A stretch of 64,000 nucleotides of DNA from an uncultured Chthoniobacterales bacterium (lineage in GTDB: Bacteria > Verrucomicrobiota > Verrucomicrobiia > Chthoniobacterales > Terrimicrobiaceae). Below are positions 1 through 9,800 of the stretch, one piece after another. The position numbers and the translations under genes were made by a program. The DNA lies in assembly GCA_964467415.1 (NCBI GenBank), contig CAYXRX010000009.1, positions 72,763 through 136,762 on the forward strand, written 5' to 3'. The stretch's first letter is position 1. The number at the start of each line of letters is the position of its first letter. The notes beneath the pieces are model-generated. The model was not told where the DNA came from. It ran no database searches and saw only the letters and a list, made by a program, of their open reading frames with translations.

Positions 1-49
1 AATGCAGACCCAGGGCTTTCTGGACAGGGCCAGGAGAAATGGGACCGGG

Positions 50-1231
50 CTATGTGGGAGCGCGCTCATCGTGGGGTTGGGAGCCGAGGGGGCGGGACAT
101 CCGAAGCCAGGCGGCAATGAATGCGGCGAGAAGGAGTCCGACGGCGGCGGCCGCCCGCAGCGGAAAGGCTTCGCTGCGCAACGGGGGGACTTCCTGCTTA
201 TGCCCGGAAGGAAGGCCGGGGGAGCCCGGCAGCGCTTTCAAGACTGGCGCTGTAGGAGACGGTGGGACCGCACCGAGATGGGATTCCAGCAGGGGCGCAA
301 AGGTGGAAAACAAATGCTCGGTGGAATTTGTTGTGTAATGCCTGGCAACCACATCGGCGATTGCCGACAGATTTGGCAGCTCCGGGTTGATTGCGACGGC
401 GATTCTCTCCTCGTGGTCCGGGATCTCCATCAGCGCAAAGTAGAGCGCGAGTTCGGGGTGGATCTGGGTCTGCAGACGGAAAGTGAGCTCGTCTCCCAGG
501 GCCGCATCGACGCTCCGGGTCGTGAGCAACTGCGCAAGTTCCGCAGCGCTCTCGTAGTGCACCGCAGCGCCAGTCGGGAAAAGAACGGCAAACAGCTCCT
601 CGAAAATGCTCAGTCTTTCCACGGCCACACGGCAATTCGGGATGCCGGGAGAGAGGGCGAGCGGGCTGCGGGGTGAGATTTTTATGGGGGCCGCGCCCGG
701 AGCCGGCAAACAGCTCCGGCGGATCAGCAGAGAGGAAGAAAAGCTGGCGTAAGGAGCGGCAAACAGGACTCTCTGAAGCCGATGTGAGGTAATCGCCAGA
801 TGGCTGATACCGAGATCCGCATCGCCCCGCGAAACAGCATCGATGACCGACCGGGACGTCGCGTGACCGCGCTGCAGATCGAGCCTGACGCCCAGTGCCC
901 GGGCGATGCCATTAGCTATCGCGATGTCGATTCCCACGACGGCTTGGCCATCGGGGAGCGCGAATCGCATGGCCTCGCTGACCCCGGTTGACGGTTCGTT
1001 CGCAATCATTGAAAATGGCGGGGATTCCGCTCCTGTCTGCGCGACGAGGAGCCGGCCCCTTGTCTGGATTTTGTGGAGATCGGGAAAAACCGCGCCTGCC
1101 GGGGATGCGGTTCCACCGGCTTCCTTGATGTCGGAGGAGAAGCACGGAACCATCCCCATGAGCCCTGTAAGCAGGACCAGAACCATCGCGCCTCTGAGCG
1201 CCGTGCGGGATGCTGCGTGCCAATGTGTCAT
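50..1231 (-). CDS. Solute-binding protein family 3 (SBP_bac_3) domain protein with N-terminal signal/TM and C-terminal membrane anchor
   Basis: Minus ORF 50..1258 begins with GTG; the first ATG is at 1231 and gives a hydrophobic leader. A two-lobed SBP_3-like core is present (LLVAQTGAESPPF...VGIDIAIANGIARALGVRLDL...FAAPY). A C-terminal helix AAAVGLLLAAFIAAWL precedes the stop at 50-52. Confidence 0.6.
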   Translation of the reverse strand: MTHWHAASRTALRGAMVLVLLTGLMGMVPCFSSDIKEAGGTASPAGAVFPDLHKIQTRGRLLVAQTGAESPPFSMIANEPSTGVSEAMRFALPDGQAVVGIDIAIANGIARALGVRLDLQRGHATSRSVIDAVSRGDADLGISHLAITSHRLQRVLFAAPYASFSSSLLIRRSCLPAPGAAPIKISPRSPLALSPGIPNCRVAVERLSIFEELFAVLFPTGAAVHYESAAELAQLLTTRSVDAALGDELTFRLQTQIHPELALYFALMEIPDHEERIAVAINPELPNLSAIADVVARHYTTNSTEHLFSTFAPLLESHLGAVPPSPTAPVLKALPGSPGLPSGHKQEVPPLRSEAFPLRAAAAVGLLLAAFIAAWLRMSRPLGSQPHDERAPT

Positions 1232-1510
1232 GGAAGCCGGGGGGGAATCGCCCCGCACCCTCCAGGACGTCGATCCGGAGCGTGAGGGGAAAAACGGGGG
1301 GCTGACCCAAGATTGTCAAACCCGTCTGCGACAGTCAAGCCGCGCACCTCCGTCCGGCTCGCGGCCGAGGACGTGCGTAACTAAATTCCCATCGACTCAA
1401 CAGAGATGATCGCCCACGGGAGCCGGCTGGCGCATGCAGAAAACCGTACCAGACTGAGGAGGCAAGGACCGGCGGTCACCAGGCACCGCCAGGAAACAAA
1501 AACCGGCTCC

Positions 1511-1921
1511 CTACCCCACCCACTCGAACCGCACCGGCTTCTCGACATCCGGGTGCAGGCTGTGGTGGACCGGGCAGGCGAGCGCGGCCGCTTCGAGAAG
1601 CTGGCGCTTCGGATGATCGGCCGGCAGCGGGATGTGAAAGACGATCTCAATGCGGGCGATCCGGCGCGGGGTGTCAGCGGACATCACCTTGTCCACGCCG
1701 ACGGTCGTCCCGTCGAGCGCGATGCCGTGCCGCTCGGCAGCGATCCCCATGATCGTCGCCATGCAGGCCCCGAGCGACGTGGCCGCCAGATCGGTCGGCG
1801 AAAACGCCTCGCCTTTTCCGTGATTGTCCACCGGCGCGTCGGTAAGAACTTTTGAACCGGAGGGCCCGTGAACCGCCTCGCAGCGCAACCCGCCCAGATA
1901 AGAAATATCAACGTGAACCAT
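1511..1921 (-). CDS. OsmC/Ohr family peroxiredoxin-like protein
   Basis: 136 aa with ATG at 1921. OsmC-like motifs with two Cys are present (ATSLGACMATI, LACPVHHSL). Confidence 0.8.
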   Translation of the reverse strand: MVHVDISYLGGLRCEAVHGPSGSKVLTDAPVDNHGKGEAFSPTDLAATSLGACMATIMGIAAERHGIALDGTTVGVDKVMSADTPRRIARIEIVFHIPLPADHPKRQLLEAAALACPVHHSLHPDVEKPVRFEWVG

Positions 1922-1973
1922 AAGACCTCATTGATCCTCAAAAACTGTTCGCATGGCAAAACAATTGCCGCCC

Positions 1974-2978
1974 CTACTCGGCGTCGAGCATCTGGAAGAC
2001 CACCGCGTAAGAGCGAAGGTAACTCAGAATGATGCTTGCCCCGACCAGGATCGCGACCACGAGAAAAAGCACCCGCGGAAGCCAGGCGGCAAACGCATCA
2101 ATCCGGGTGAAGAAACGGTCCTGGTAAATGTCCGCCCAGCGGCCGGCCTCCTCGTCCAGGCGGCCGGTGGCCTCCGCCACCTCGAACGCGCGTTCGAGAT
2201 CGGCCGGAAAGGCGTGCGTCTGCCGGATGGCTTTGGCAAATCCGGCACCTGCCCGAATCGCCGGGACCACCTGCCCGGAGGCAGCTTCGAGGCTGGCGCT
2301 CCGGCTGGCCCGGCCGGCCCGCAGAATGCTGGCCAGCACGCCGTCGGCCGAGCGGATCCCGAGCGAGAGGACCAGGCAGAACCGGGAGAGCGCCCCCAGC
2401 TCAAAGAGCCCGCCGATCAGCGGAATCGCACAGATCGCGCGGTCGGCTGCCGCGCTGCTCCGCACCGCCCGCCGCATAAGAAACGCGGCAACGACCACGA
2501 TTCCAACCACCGCGTAGCCGCAGCAAAGGATCACCACCACCTGCCGCACAAAGCCGGGCACACCGCCATCCATGATCGCGGGAGCAATCGAGAGAAGCAC
2601 CGCCGCCAGATGAAAGATTAACACGGGATAGGCCGAGGCCGCGAGGGCCCGGCGGCGGCTGGAAGCCAGCCTCCCGTAGTAGACTGACAGGCGGTCGCAG
2701 GCCTCGCCCAGCCGCCCGCTCTGCTCGCCGGCGGCCAGGATCCCGGCATCCAGCACGGTAAAGCCGGCCGCGTCCGCCGCGGCCGAAAGCCCGCCGGCCA
2801 CATGCGTGGCCATCGCGCGTGCGGCGGCCGCCGGGCGCTCACGTCCCGCGCCCAGGTGCTCCAGCGCCCGCTGGACCGGGATCCCGCTGCGCAGCATCTG
2901 CGCGAGGTCGTGGAAGAAATGTTCCTTGTCGGAGAAGCGGAGTTGCACGTCGGGGCGGGTTGTGGAAGATCGCAGCAT
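1974..2978 (-). CDS. Type II secretion / type IV pilus platform protein F family (GspF/PilC-like), orphan
   Basis: The ORF spans 1974..3194 (406 aa). It has two T2SSF-like repeats each followed by TM helices (LAQMLRSGIPVQRALEHL...AGEQSGRLGEACDRLSVYY and AIRAGAGFAKAIRQTHAFPADLERAFEVAEATGRLDEEAGRW). The start is placed at ATG 2978 so it does not run over ribD; alternatives are 3017 and 3194. Confidence 0.6.
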   Translation of the reverse strand: MLRSSTTRPDVQLRFSDKEHFFHDLAQMLRSGIPVQRALEHLGAGRERPAAAARAMATHVAGGLSAAADAAGFTVLDAGILAAGEQSGRLGEACDRLSVYYGRLASSRRRALAASAYPVLIFHLAAVLLSIAPAIMDGGVPGFVRQVVVILCCGYAVVGIVVVAAFLMRRAVRSSAAADRAICAIPLIGGLFELGALSRFCLVLSLGIRSADGVLASILRAGRASRSASLEAASGQVVPAIRAGAGFAKAIRQTHAFPADLERAFEVAEATGRLDEEAGRWADIYQDRFFTRIDAFAAWLPRVLFLVVAILVGASIILSYLRSYAVVFQMLDAE

Positions 2979-4014
2979 GCATGCGAGCAACGCCCGGAGC
3001 GAGGACGAAAAATTCATGCGGGCGGCATTGGCCGAAGCCCGCAAAGGCACCGGACTCACCCACCCGAACCCGGCGGTAGGAGCCGTAATCGTCAAGGGCA
3101 AACGCATCCTCGCGCGCGACTGGCATCGCGCCGCCGGGCTTCCACACGCCGAGATCGAAGCGCTCAACAATTTAAGAAACCGCGCGGCCGCCAAGGGGGC
3201 GACAATCTACATTACGCTGGAACCCTGCTCGACGCATGGACGCACGCCGCCGTGCACGCAGGCGATCATCGAGGCTGGAATCGCCCGTGTCGTGTATGGG
3301 GCCCGCGACCCGAATCCGCTCCACGCAGGCCGCGCCGACGCCCTCCTCCGAGTGGCGGGCATCAAGGTCACTGCCGGGGTCCTCGCCGCCGAATGCGAAG
3401 CCCTCAATCCCGCATGGAACAAGTGGATCTCGACCGGCCTGCCGTTCGTCATCGCGAAGGCCGGCATGAGCCTCGACGGCCGGATCGGATCCCCCCCGGG
3501 GAGGCGCTGGATCACATCGTCGGAGTCCCGCGACGACGCGATGGACCTGCGCGCCTCCTCCGGAGCAATCCTTGTCGGTGGCGAAACCATCCGTGCCGAC
3601 AACCCGAAACTCACCGTTCGCGGACGGCCTGGCACCGCGCAGCCCTGGCGGGCAATCTGGACCCGCAGCGGCGACCTGCCGCCGGAAAGCCATGTCTTCA
3701 CCGACCGCCACCGCGCGCGGACGATTGTCTACAAGGGACGCAGCCTACGGCAGGTGTTGCGCGATCTCGGTCGCCGCGGCGTCCAGCAGGTCCTCATCGA
3801 GGGCGGCGGCCGCACGCTCGGCGAGGCCTTCGACCGCCATCTCGTCGACCGCGTCGTTTTCTACATCGCTCCCGTCCTGCTCGGCGGCCCGGTCCCAGCC
3901 GTCGGAGCGCGCGGAGCCAACTCGATCGCCGCAGGCCCTGACCTTGAAAATGTGACCAGCCGCATCACCGGCGGCGATGTCCGCATCCAGGGGGATATCC
4001 GCCGCCGGGGATGA
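2977..4014 (+). CDS. ribD: Bifunctional riboflavin biosynthesis deaminase/reductase RibD
   Basis: ATG at 2977 (MHASNARSEDEKFMRAALAEARKG). A CMP/dCMP-deaminase zinc motif is present (HAEIEAL...TLEPCSTHGRTPPC), and the C-terminal half is a RibD reductase (GLPFVIAKAGMSLDGRI). Confidence 0.88.
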   Translation: MHASNARSEDEKFMRAALAEARKGTGLTHPNPAVGAVIVKGKRILARDWHRAAGLPHAEIEALNNLRNRAAAKGATIYITLEPCSTHGRTPPCTQAIIEAGIARVVYGARDPNPLHAGRADALLRVAGIKVTAGVLAAECEALNPAWNKWISTGLPFVIAKAGMSLDGRIGSPPGRRWITSSESRDDAMDLRASSGAILVGGETIRADNPKLTVRGRPGTAQPWRAIWTRSGDLPPESHVFTDRHRARTIVYKGRSLRQVLRDLGRRGVQQVLIEGGGRTLGEAFDRHLVDRVVFYIAPVLLGGPVPAVGARGANSIAAGPDLENVTSRITGGDVRIQGDIRRRG

Positions 4015-4120
4015 ACCCGTGATCAGCTGCAGCACGGGCCTGCCCGAGTGCCCTCAAGAAACACAACAGGAACTGCGCGCTCTATAGTTAAAACATTTGT
4101 TTTAAACTTCTGATTGATTC

Positions 4121-5644
4121 TTATTTCCACTGGAGTGGAGTGCCCTGGGGAAGGAGGCGGACAACGCGGGCGATGTCCCAGTTGGTGAGGCGAAGCCCGC
4201 CGATGCTTTCCTGCGAGCGCATCCGGTCGGGGCTGCTGGTGCCGTGGAGTCCGTAGGGGAGCGGCTCCGTGGAGTTGGCCTTGGCCAAATTGATCCAGAG
4301 GATACCGGCAGGGTTGTTGGGCCCGGCGGGGAGGAACTGTTCGGAGGCGAGAACGGGGCGTTTCTCCTGAACGACGGGCTGATTTTTCGGCCCGACATAA
4401 AAGTTGCTGACCGGCGCGAGGGAGGTTCCGCCATCGGTGGGTTCCTGAACGGTCGACAGGCGCGGGCGCGGGACCGCATTGAGAATCGTCCAGGATCCCC
4501 GGCCGCGGAGGTCCGGGCGGGCAATCGACATGGGCAGGAGGGCGATCAGGTTTCCGCCCCGCCAGACCTCGATACGCGACAGTTCGACGACGGCAGCCGT
4601 CACGGGATTCTGCGGGTCGGCTGGAGGCTGCAGCGGCTCGCGGAGGGCATTCTCGATTTCAAACGGAGGCACGTTCGGGACCTGGAGTTCGGTTCCGATG
4701 ACCGGCTGGTTTTTCTGTTTGCTGTTCAGGCTGCGGAGAAATCCCTCATCGCAGTGGAAGCGTTCGGCGACAAACTCCCAGGGCGAGCGGTAGGCGAGCA
4801 GAGGCGCGGCGATCAGCTCCTCGTAGGTGGGAGGAGGTGTCGCCTTCGGGACCGGTTTGCCCTTCCCCTTGCCGGATGGCGCGGGCGTTGCGTCAGGCTG
4901 CGCTGCCCGCTCGGCTTTTGGCGGAGCGATGAATCGGAAATCCTCCGGTTTGAGGGTATAGCGCGTAAACGGCGCGCCGACCTCGGCCCTTGCTTTTTCG
5001 AGAAGAGCATCCCCCACCTCCGGGTGGGCCGTCCGGTAAAGAAACGCAAGCTTCTGCAGGGCGGGACCCGGATTGCCACTGATCGGACCGGGAGAAAAAT
5101 TCGCGCGATCGAGAAAGATCTGCAGGATGACGGCATCCTGGACCGATTGGGCCTCGGTCGGAGCCTTAGCCGAAGCGGCTTGCGCCGGTTTTGCCACCTC
5201 GGCGGGGCCACCGCCCAGCGCCTTGACCTCGGCGGGGGTCGGAATTTTGAGCTCCTGGCCGATGCGGATCGTGTCGCCTTGAAGGCCGTTAAACATCTTG
5301 AGCTGGGCGAGCGGGACCCCGGTTTTTTTTGCAATCCGGATGAGTACGTCGCCCTTCTGGACCAGATAGATCGAGGCGGGGTCCGGCGCCGGCTTTTCCG
5401 GGTGAAAGAGCGAGGGAAGCGCGGCCGGCTGGGCGGGCAGGGCAGGACGCTCCGGCATCGGCAGCCCCCAATCCTTTTCTGCGGATGGCGCGACCTTCCA
5501 CTTCCAGCGCACCGCATTCTCGAGACCGGGCTCGATTTTGTGGACGACCACCGGCTTGGCAGCCGCCGGCTGCTGCGCGCGAACTTCGGCGAAGCACAAT
5601 CCGAAGACCCCAACCGCAATGATCAACCTCGAAAAAACTGGCAT
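4121..5644 (-). CDS. Secreted LysM-domain protein with C-terminal L,D-transpeptidase (YkuD)-like domain lacking the catalytic Cys
   Basis: ORF 4121..6190 is trimmed to ATG 5644 (codon CAT at 5642-5644), which gives the signal peptide MPVFSRLIIAVGVFGLCFAEVRAQQ. A LysM domain is present (IYLVQKGDVLIRIAKKTGVPLAQLKMFNGLQGDTIRIGQELKIP). The C-terminal stretch YGLHGTSSPDRMRSQESIGGLRLTNWD aligns to the YkuD motif HGT...SHGCIRL with Gly where the Cys should be. Confidence 0.7.
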   Translation of the reverse strand: MPVFSRLIIAVGVFGLCFAEVRAQQPAAAKPVVVHKIEPGLENAVRWKWKVAPSAEKDWGLPMPERPALPAQPAALPSLFHPEKPAPDPASIYLVQKGDVLIRIAKKTGVPLAQLKMFNGLQGDTIRIGQELKIPTPAEVKALGGGPAEVAKPAQAASAKAPTEAQSVQDAVILQIFLDRANFSPGPISGNPGPALQKLAFLYRTAHPEVGDALLEKARAEVGAPFTRYTLKPEDFRFIAPPKAERAAQPDATPAPSGKGKGKPVPKATPPPTYEELIAAPLLAYRSPWEFVAERFHCDEGFLRSLNSKQKNQPVIGTELQVPNVPPFEIENALREPLQPPADPQNPVTAAVVELSRIEVWRGGNLIALLPMSIARPDLRGRGSWTILNAVPRPRLSTVQEPTDGGTSLAPVSNFYVGPKNQPVVQEKRPVLASEQFLPAGPNNPAGILWINLAKANSTEPLPYGLHGTSSPDRMRSQESIGGLRLTNWDIARVVRLLPQGTPLQWK

Positions 5645-5736
5645 GGCGGAACAACTACCTCCCCACCGCCCCGCGCGCAAACCGGAAACATGTCCCCCGG
5701 CTCCCTTTCCAGCGGCGGCTGATGTGTCAATCGCTG

Positions 5737-6627
5737 TCAACCCCACAGCGGCGAAGGATACTCCCCTGCGGCAGCCAACCCCGCAAGCGCTTCCACGACG
5801 GACGGACGGTCCTCGCGGTAGGTGACCCCGAACCAGCGGCTCTCGACCGGCAGAACCCGGACGGTCGCCTGCCCGGCGCGGATCATCCCGAAGACCGCGT
5901 CGGGAATATAAAATTCCGACGTCTCCTCGCCACCCCTCAGGCAGAGAAACTTGGCAAAGAGGACCTCCAGGTCGGGGAAAACCGCGGGCGTGAAACCCCA
6001 GCAGTTCAACGAGACCCTCTCCGCCCCCGTGAGCACGATCCCCTCGCCGGCAATGCCCGCCGGACCGCCCGAAATTTTTGTGCACTCGCGGATTCCTGCG
6101 AGGAAGCCGTCGTCGCCGACCTCGCAGACCCCGCGCGAGACGGGTCCGTTCGGCGAGAGCGTCGTGTCGAGGCGGTAGCCGGCCATGCAATACGATGTGG
6201 CATCGGACGGCTGGGCGCCCAGAAACGATCCGACCGCCGCAATGGCTCCGCGCCCGTAGAAATCATCCGCATTGATCGCAAGAAACGGGGAATCAACCGC
6301 CGACCGGGCGCACCAGATCGCGTGCCCGGTTCCCCACGGCTTGCTCCGCTCCTGCGGGACGGAGAACCCCTCGGGCAGATCGTTGAGCTGCTGGAAGACG
6401 TAACCGACGTCGACGCGATCCTCAAACTGCCTCCCGATTTTTTCGCGGAAGTCTTCCTCAAAATCCCTCCGGATCACGAACACGACGCGCGAAAACCCCG
6501 ACCGCAGCGCGTCAAAAACCGAATAGCCGAGAATCGTTTCCCCCGATGGCCCCACCGGGTCCATCTGCTTGAGACCGCCATACCGGCTGCCCATCCCGGC
6601 AGCCAAAACCAGAAGCGTCGTATCCAT
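5737..6627 (-). CDS. Sugar-phosphate nucleotidyltransferase family protein
   Basis: 296 aa with ATG at 6627. An N-terminal NTP_transferase glycine motif is present (LVLAAGMGSRYGGLKQ), plus DDFYG. Confidence 0.6.
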   Translation of the reverse strand: MDTTLLVLAAGMGSRYGGLKQMDPVGPSGETILGYSVFDALRSGFSRVVFVIRRDFEEDFREKIGRQFEDRVDVGYVFQQLNDLPEGFSVPQERSKPWGTGHAIWCARSAVDSPFLAINADDFYGRGAIAAVGSFLGAQPSDATSYCMAGYRLDTTLSPNGPVSRGVCEVGDDGFLAGIRECTKISGGPAGIAGEGIVLTGAERVSLNCWGFTPAVFPDLEVLFAKFLCLRGGEETSEFYIPDAVFGMIRAGQATVRVLPVESRWFGVTYREDRPSVVEALAGLAAAGEYPSPLWG

Positions 6628-6639
6628 GCGAAAAAAATC

Positions 6640-6714
6640 TCGGGCCGGCGGGATTCGAACCCGCGGCCTCCTCGTCCCGAACGAGGCGCTCTACCAAGCT
6701 GAGCCACGGCCCGA
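6640..6714 (-). tRNA. tRNA-Pro (anticodon CGG)
   Basis: The reverse complement CGGGCCGTGGCTCAGCTTGGTAGAGCGCCTCGTTCGGGACGAGGAGGCCGCGGGTTCGAATCCCGCCGGCCCGA folds as a cloverleaf. The anticodon loop is TTCGGGA, and a GTTCGAATC T-loop and a 7-bp acceptor stem are present. Confidence 0.85.
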
Positions 6715-6880
6715 TTTGAAGCGTAAATGTTCTCCCAAAATCCTGTGAACGCAATCAGAATCTTCCCGCGGGAGGCGCTGCGTGTGATCTTTTTATCGAA
6801 GCGGGCGATGCTCTAAAATGTTCTTCACCGGGTCGCCGCTCGCTTGACCGCCGGCTCATTCGCAGGCATTTAAGCAGCTC

Positions 6881-9800
6881 ATGAATCTTCCCCCGCTTCT
6901 TGCCGCCTGCCTTCTGGCATTCCCCGCCGTGCTCGCGTCCGCTGCCGAACCCCTGAAGATCGCCAACGATTTTTATACTGTCACCGTGGATCCCGCCGGG
7001 TCGGCGTTCAGCATCCGCGCGAAGGGTTCGGAAACCGATGTCCTCCCGGCAGGCAAACTCACCGGCACCGGAGGCAAGGCGGAGGTACGGCAGATCATGG
7101 ATAAAACCTTCGGGGCGGGCACGGCCATCGTGATCGCGTATCCAGACGGCAATCGTGAGACGGTCAGCCTCCATCCCGGGCTCCCGTTTGTGCTGTTTGG
7201 GTTGACGCTTCATAACGGCGGCAGCGGGCCGGTCGTTCTGAACCATGTTCCGACGGTTTCCGCCAAGGTGGATCTGGGCATCCCTGCAGACCGGATCCGG
7301 ACGCTTGGCACCGGCGGTTTACTGGCGCCGGCGGCCAATCCAGGCAGCTACGCTTTTCTGGCTGCGGTCGATCCCGAATCCCGGCGGGGGGTCGTCGGTG
7401 GGTGGCTCACCCATGATCGCGGAAGCGGGGTCGTATTTTCGCCGGCGGGCGATGGTGCGGTCCGGCTCCAGGCGCAGATCGATTATGGCCGCCTGCGCAT
7501 CAAGCCCGGAGCGGATGCCGTCACTGAAACCTTTGCCCTCGGCTTCTTCAACGACGCCCGCCTTGGCTTGGAGGCCTACGCCGACGCGATCGCCAGGGTC
7601 TATCAAATCAAGCTTCCCAAGCAGCCTGCCGGATTTTGCACCTGGTATACGGACAAGTTCAGCGGCGCCAGCGATGAAACCCACATCGCCGAACTCGCTG
7701 CGGTGGCCGCGAAGGAACTCAAGCCGTTCGGGTTCGATTTTGTCCAGATCGACGACGGATGGCAGTCCGGCATAAAGAAGAATGGCCCGAAGAAAAATTT
7801 CACCGCTCACAATCCCGCCGGCCCCTACCCGTCGGGAATGAAGTCGATTGCGGACAAGATCAAGCTTCTCGGGCTGGCTCCGGGCATCTGGTTCATGCCG
7901 TTTGCCGGCACGCATGATGATCCCTACTTCCAAGAACACCAGGACTGGTTCGCCAAGGGCCCGGATGGCAAACCCTTTGAAACGGCCTGGGGCGGAACAT
8001 GCCTCGACATGACGAACCCGGCGGCCCGCGAACACCTGCGGGGAATCGTTCAGCGCCTCGCCCATGACTGGGGATACAAAGTCTTTAAGATGGACGGCTT
8101 TTGGACAGGCTCGGCCACCAGGCAGGTCTATGTGAATGACGGCTACAAAGATGACAAAATCGGCGAGGCTGGATTTTCCAATCCCGACGTGACCAATGTC
8201 GAGGCTCTCCGCAGCGGGGTCAAACTCATCCGCGAGACTGCCGGACCTGGCGTCTATCTGCTCGGCTGCTGCGTTTCGCAAAACATGCGCTCGTTCGGCG
8301 GGTCGTTCGGCCTGCTGGACGGCATGCGCGTCGGCCCCGACACCAGCGGACGGATCGGTGCCGTCCAGGGTTCGCGCCTGTGGTTTCTGAACGGCCGGGT
8401 CTGGCAGAACGATCCGGACTGCGTGTATGTGCGCGAGCGCACGCCGCTTGCGGAGGCGCAGCTCAACGCCTCCTGGGCCGCGATTTCGGGGCAGCTGTTC
8501 TATGACAGCGATTGGATTCCCGACCTGCCGGCCGGGCGGCTCGATATCCTGAAGCGCTGCATGCCTGCCCACGGGCAGCCATCCCGGCCGGTGGACGTCT
8601 TCGAGAACCAGCCGGCCAAAGTCTGGCTGCTCACCGATGACCGGACCGAGACACGCCGCGATGTCCTCGCGCTCTACAACTGGAGCCACGACCAGGCGAC
8701 GGTGTCCTATCCGCTGGATAAGACCGGCCTCCCGCCAGCCGGGGAATTTGTCGGATTCGACTTTTGGGCCAACAAGTTCGTCCCGCCATTCCGGGACCGG
8801 GTCCGCGCCGATATCACAGCACAGGGATGCCGGATTCTTGCTCTCCGTCCGGTCTCCGACCACCCGCAGTTGCTGAGCACGTCGCGCCATGTCACCCAGG
8901 GGATTGTCGATGTAACCGAAGAGAAATGGAATCCCGCCTCAAAGACGCTGTCAGCCACCAGCCGCGTCGTGGCGAACGACCCATATGAGCTCCGCGTGGT
9001 CGTTCCCGCAGGCCCTGGTTCCTGGAAAGCGAAGGAGATCAAGCTCGCTGGCGAGGACACCTCGGCCGGCGTCACCGCCACGTTCCAGCAGGACGGCCCG
9101 AGGATCCGCGCGAAGATTCTTTCACCCGCCAGCCGTGACGTGCGTTGGACGCTTTCGTTCGAACCGGCTCCGGTTACGGCCACCCCACCCCAGCCGGTCA
9201 AAGGCTTGAAAGCGATCCCGGAATACCGCAGCGTCGGACTGACGTGGGAGGAGAACGGAGCCGATTCTTACCGCGTCACCCGCAGCGACGGCCCGACCTT
9301 CGAGTGCAGCGGCCCCGCATTCACCGACACCAGCACGAAACACGGTAGCACCTACCGCTATGACGTGGCGGCGCTCGGATGGGATGGCGCACCCTCCGCG
9401 TCCTCGTCGGTGGATGTGACAACCCCGGCCGAGCTCAAGCCCCCGGCGGCGGCGACTCCGGATATTCACCTCGATGCGATCAAGCCGGTCTCGATGCAGG
9501 CCGGCCGGGGCCCCGGCGGCATCAATAAAAATTGTTCCGGAAAGCCTCTGATCCTGGGCGGAAAGAAATTCGAAAAAGGCCTCGGCGTCTATGCCGACTC
9601 GCTGGCGGTCTACCCGGTGCCACCCGGTGCCACCCGCTTCGTCTCCTTGGTCGGCATCGACGACTCGCAGCTCCGCGACCAGCGCTCAAGCGTGGTCTTT
9701 GAGGTGTATGGCGACGTGAAGGAAATGGGAGAGAAGCCGGTGCTCATCGGACAGTCGCCCGTCCTTTCGTCCAAGACTGTCCGGAGCTGGGCGTTCAACA

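Noticed and set aside
2-676. 224-aa plus-strand ORF at the window start (Arg/Gly-rich)
   Set aside because: It is entirely antisense to the SBP_3 gene. It has no domain signal. It is the kind of ORF that high GC content produces on the strand opposite a real gene.
2800-2976. Possible FMN riboswitch upstream of ribD
   Set aside because: No RFN-element conserved blocks are visible. The region is probably the coding 5' end or leader of the divergent gspF-like gene.
4087-4104. AT-only inverted repeat TTAAAAC-ATTT-GTTTTAA between convergent ribD and the LysM gene
   Set aside because: It is a 7-bp all-A/T stem. It is too weak to call as a terminator with confidence, although it lies in the only AT-rich patch of that spacer.
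6715-6880. Candidate promoter TTATCG-N15-TAAAAT upstream of the alpha-galactosidase gene
   Set aside because: The -35 match is poor and the spacing is short. It is not distinguishable from chance.
7319-8890. 523-aa minus ORF inside the alpha-galactosidase gene
   Set aside because: It is antisense to a gene with clear GH-D and NPCBM motifs. Long stop-free antisense frames are expected at ~65% GC.
9613-9636. 10-nt tandem duplication cccggtgcca x2 in the alpha-galactosidase gene
   Set aside because: It is in frame and encodes YPVPPGATR. It is most simply a coincidental Pro/Gly codon repetition, not a slippage or frameshift scar.
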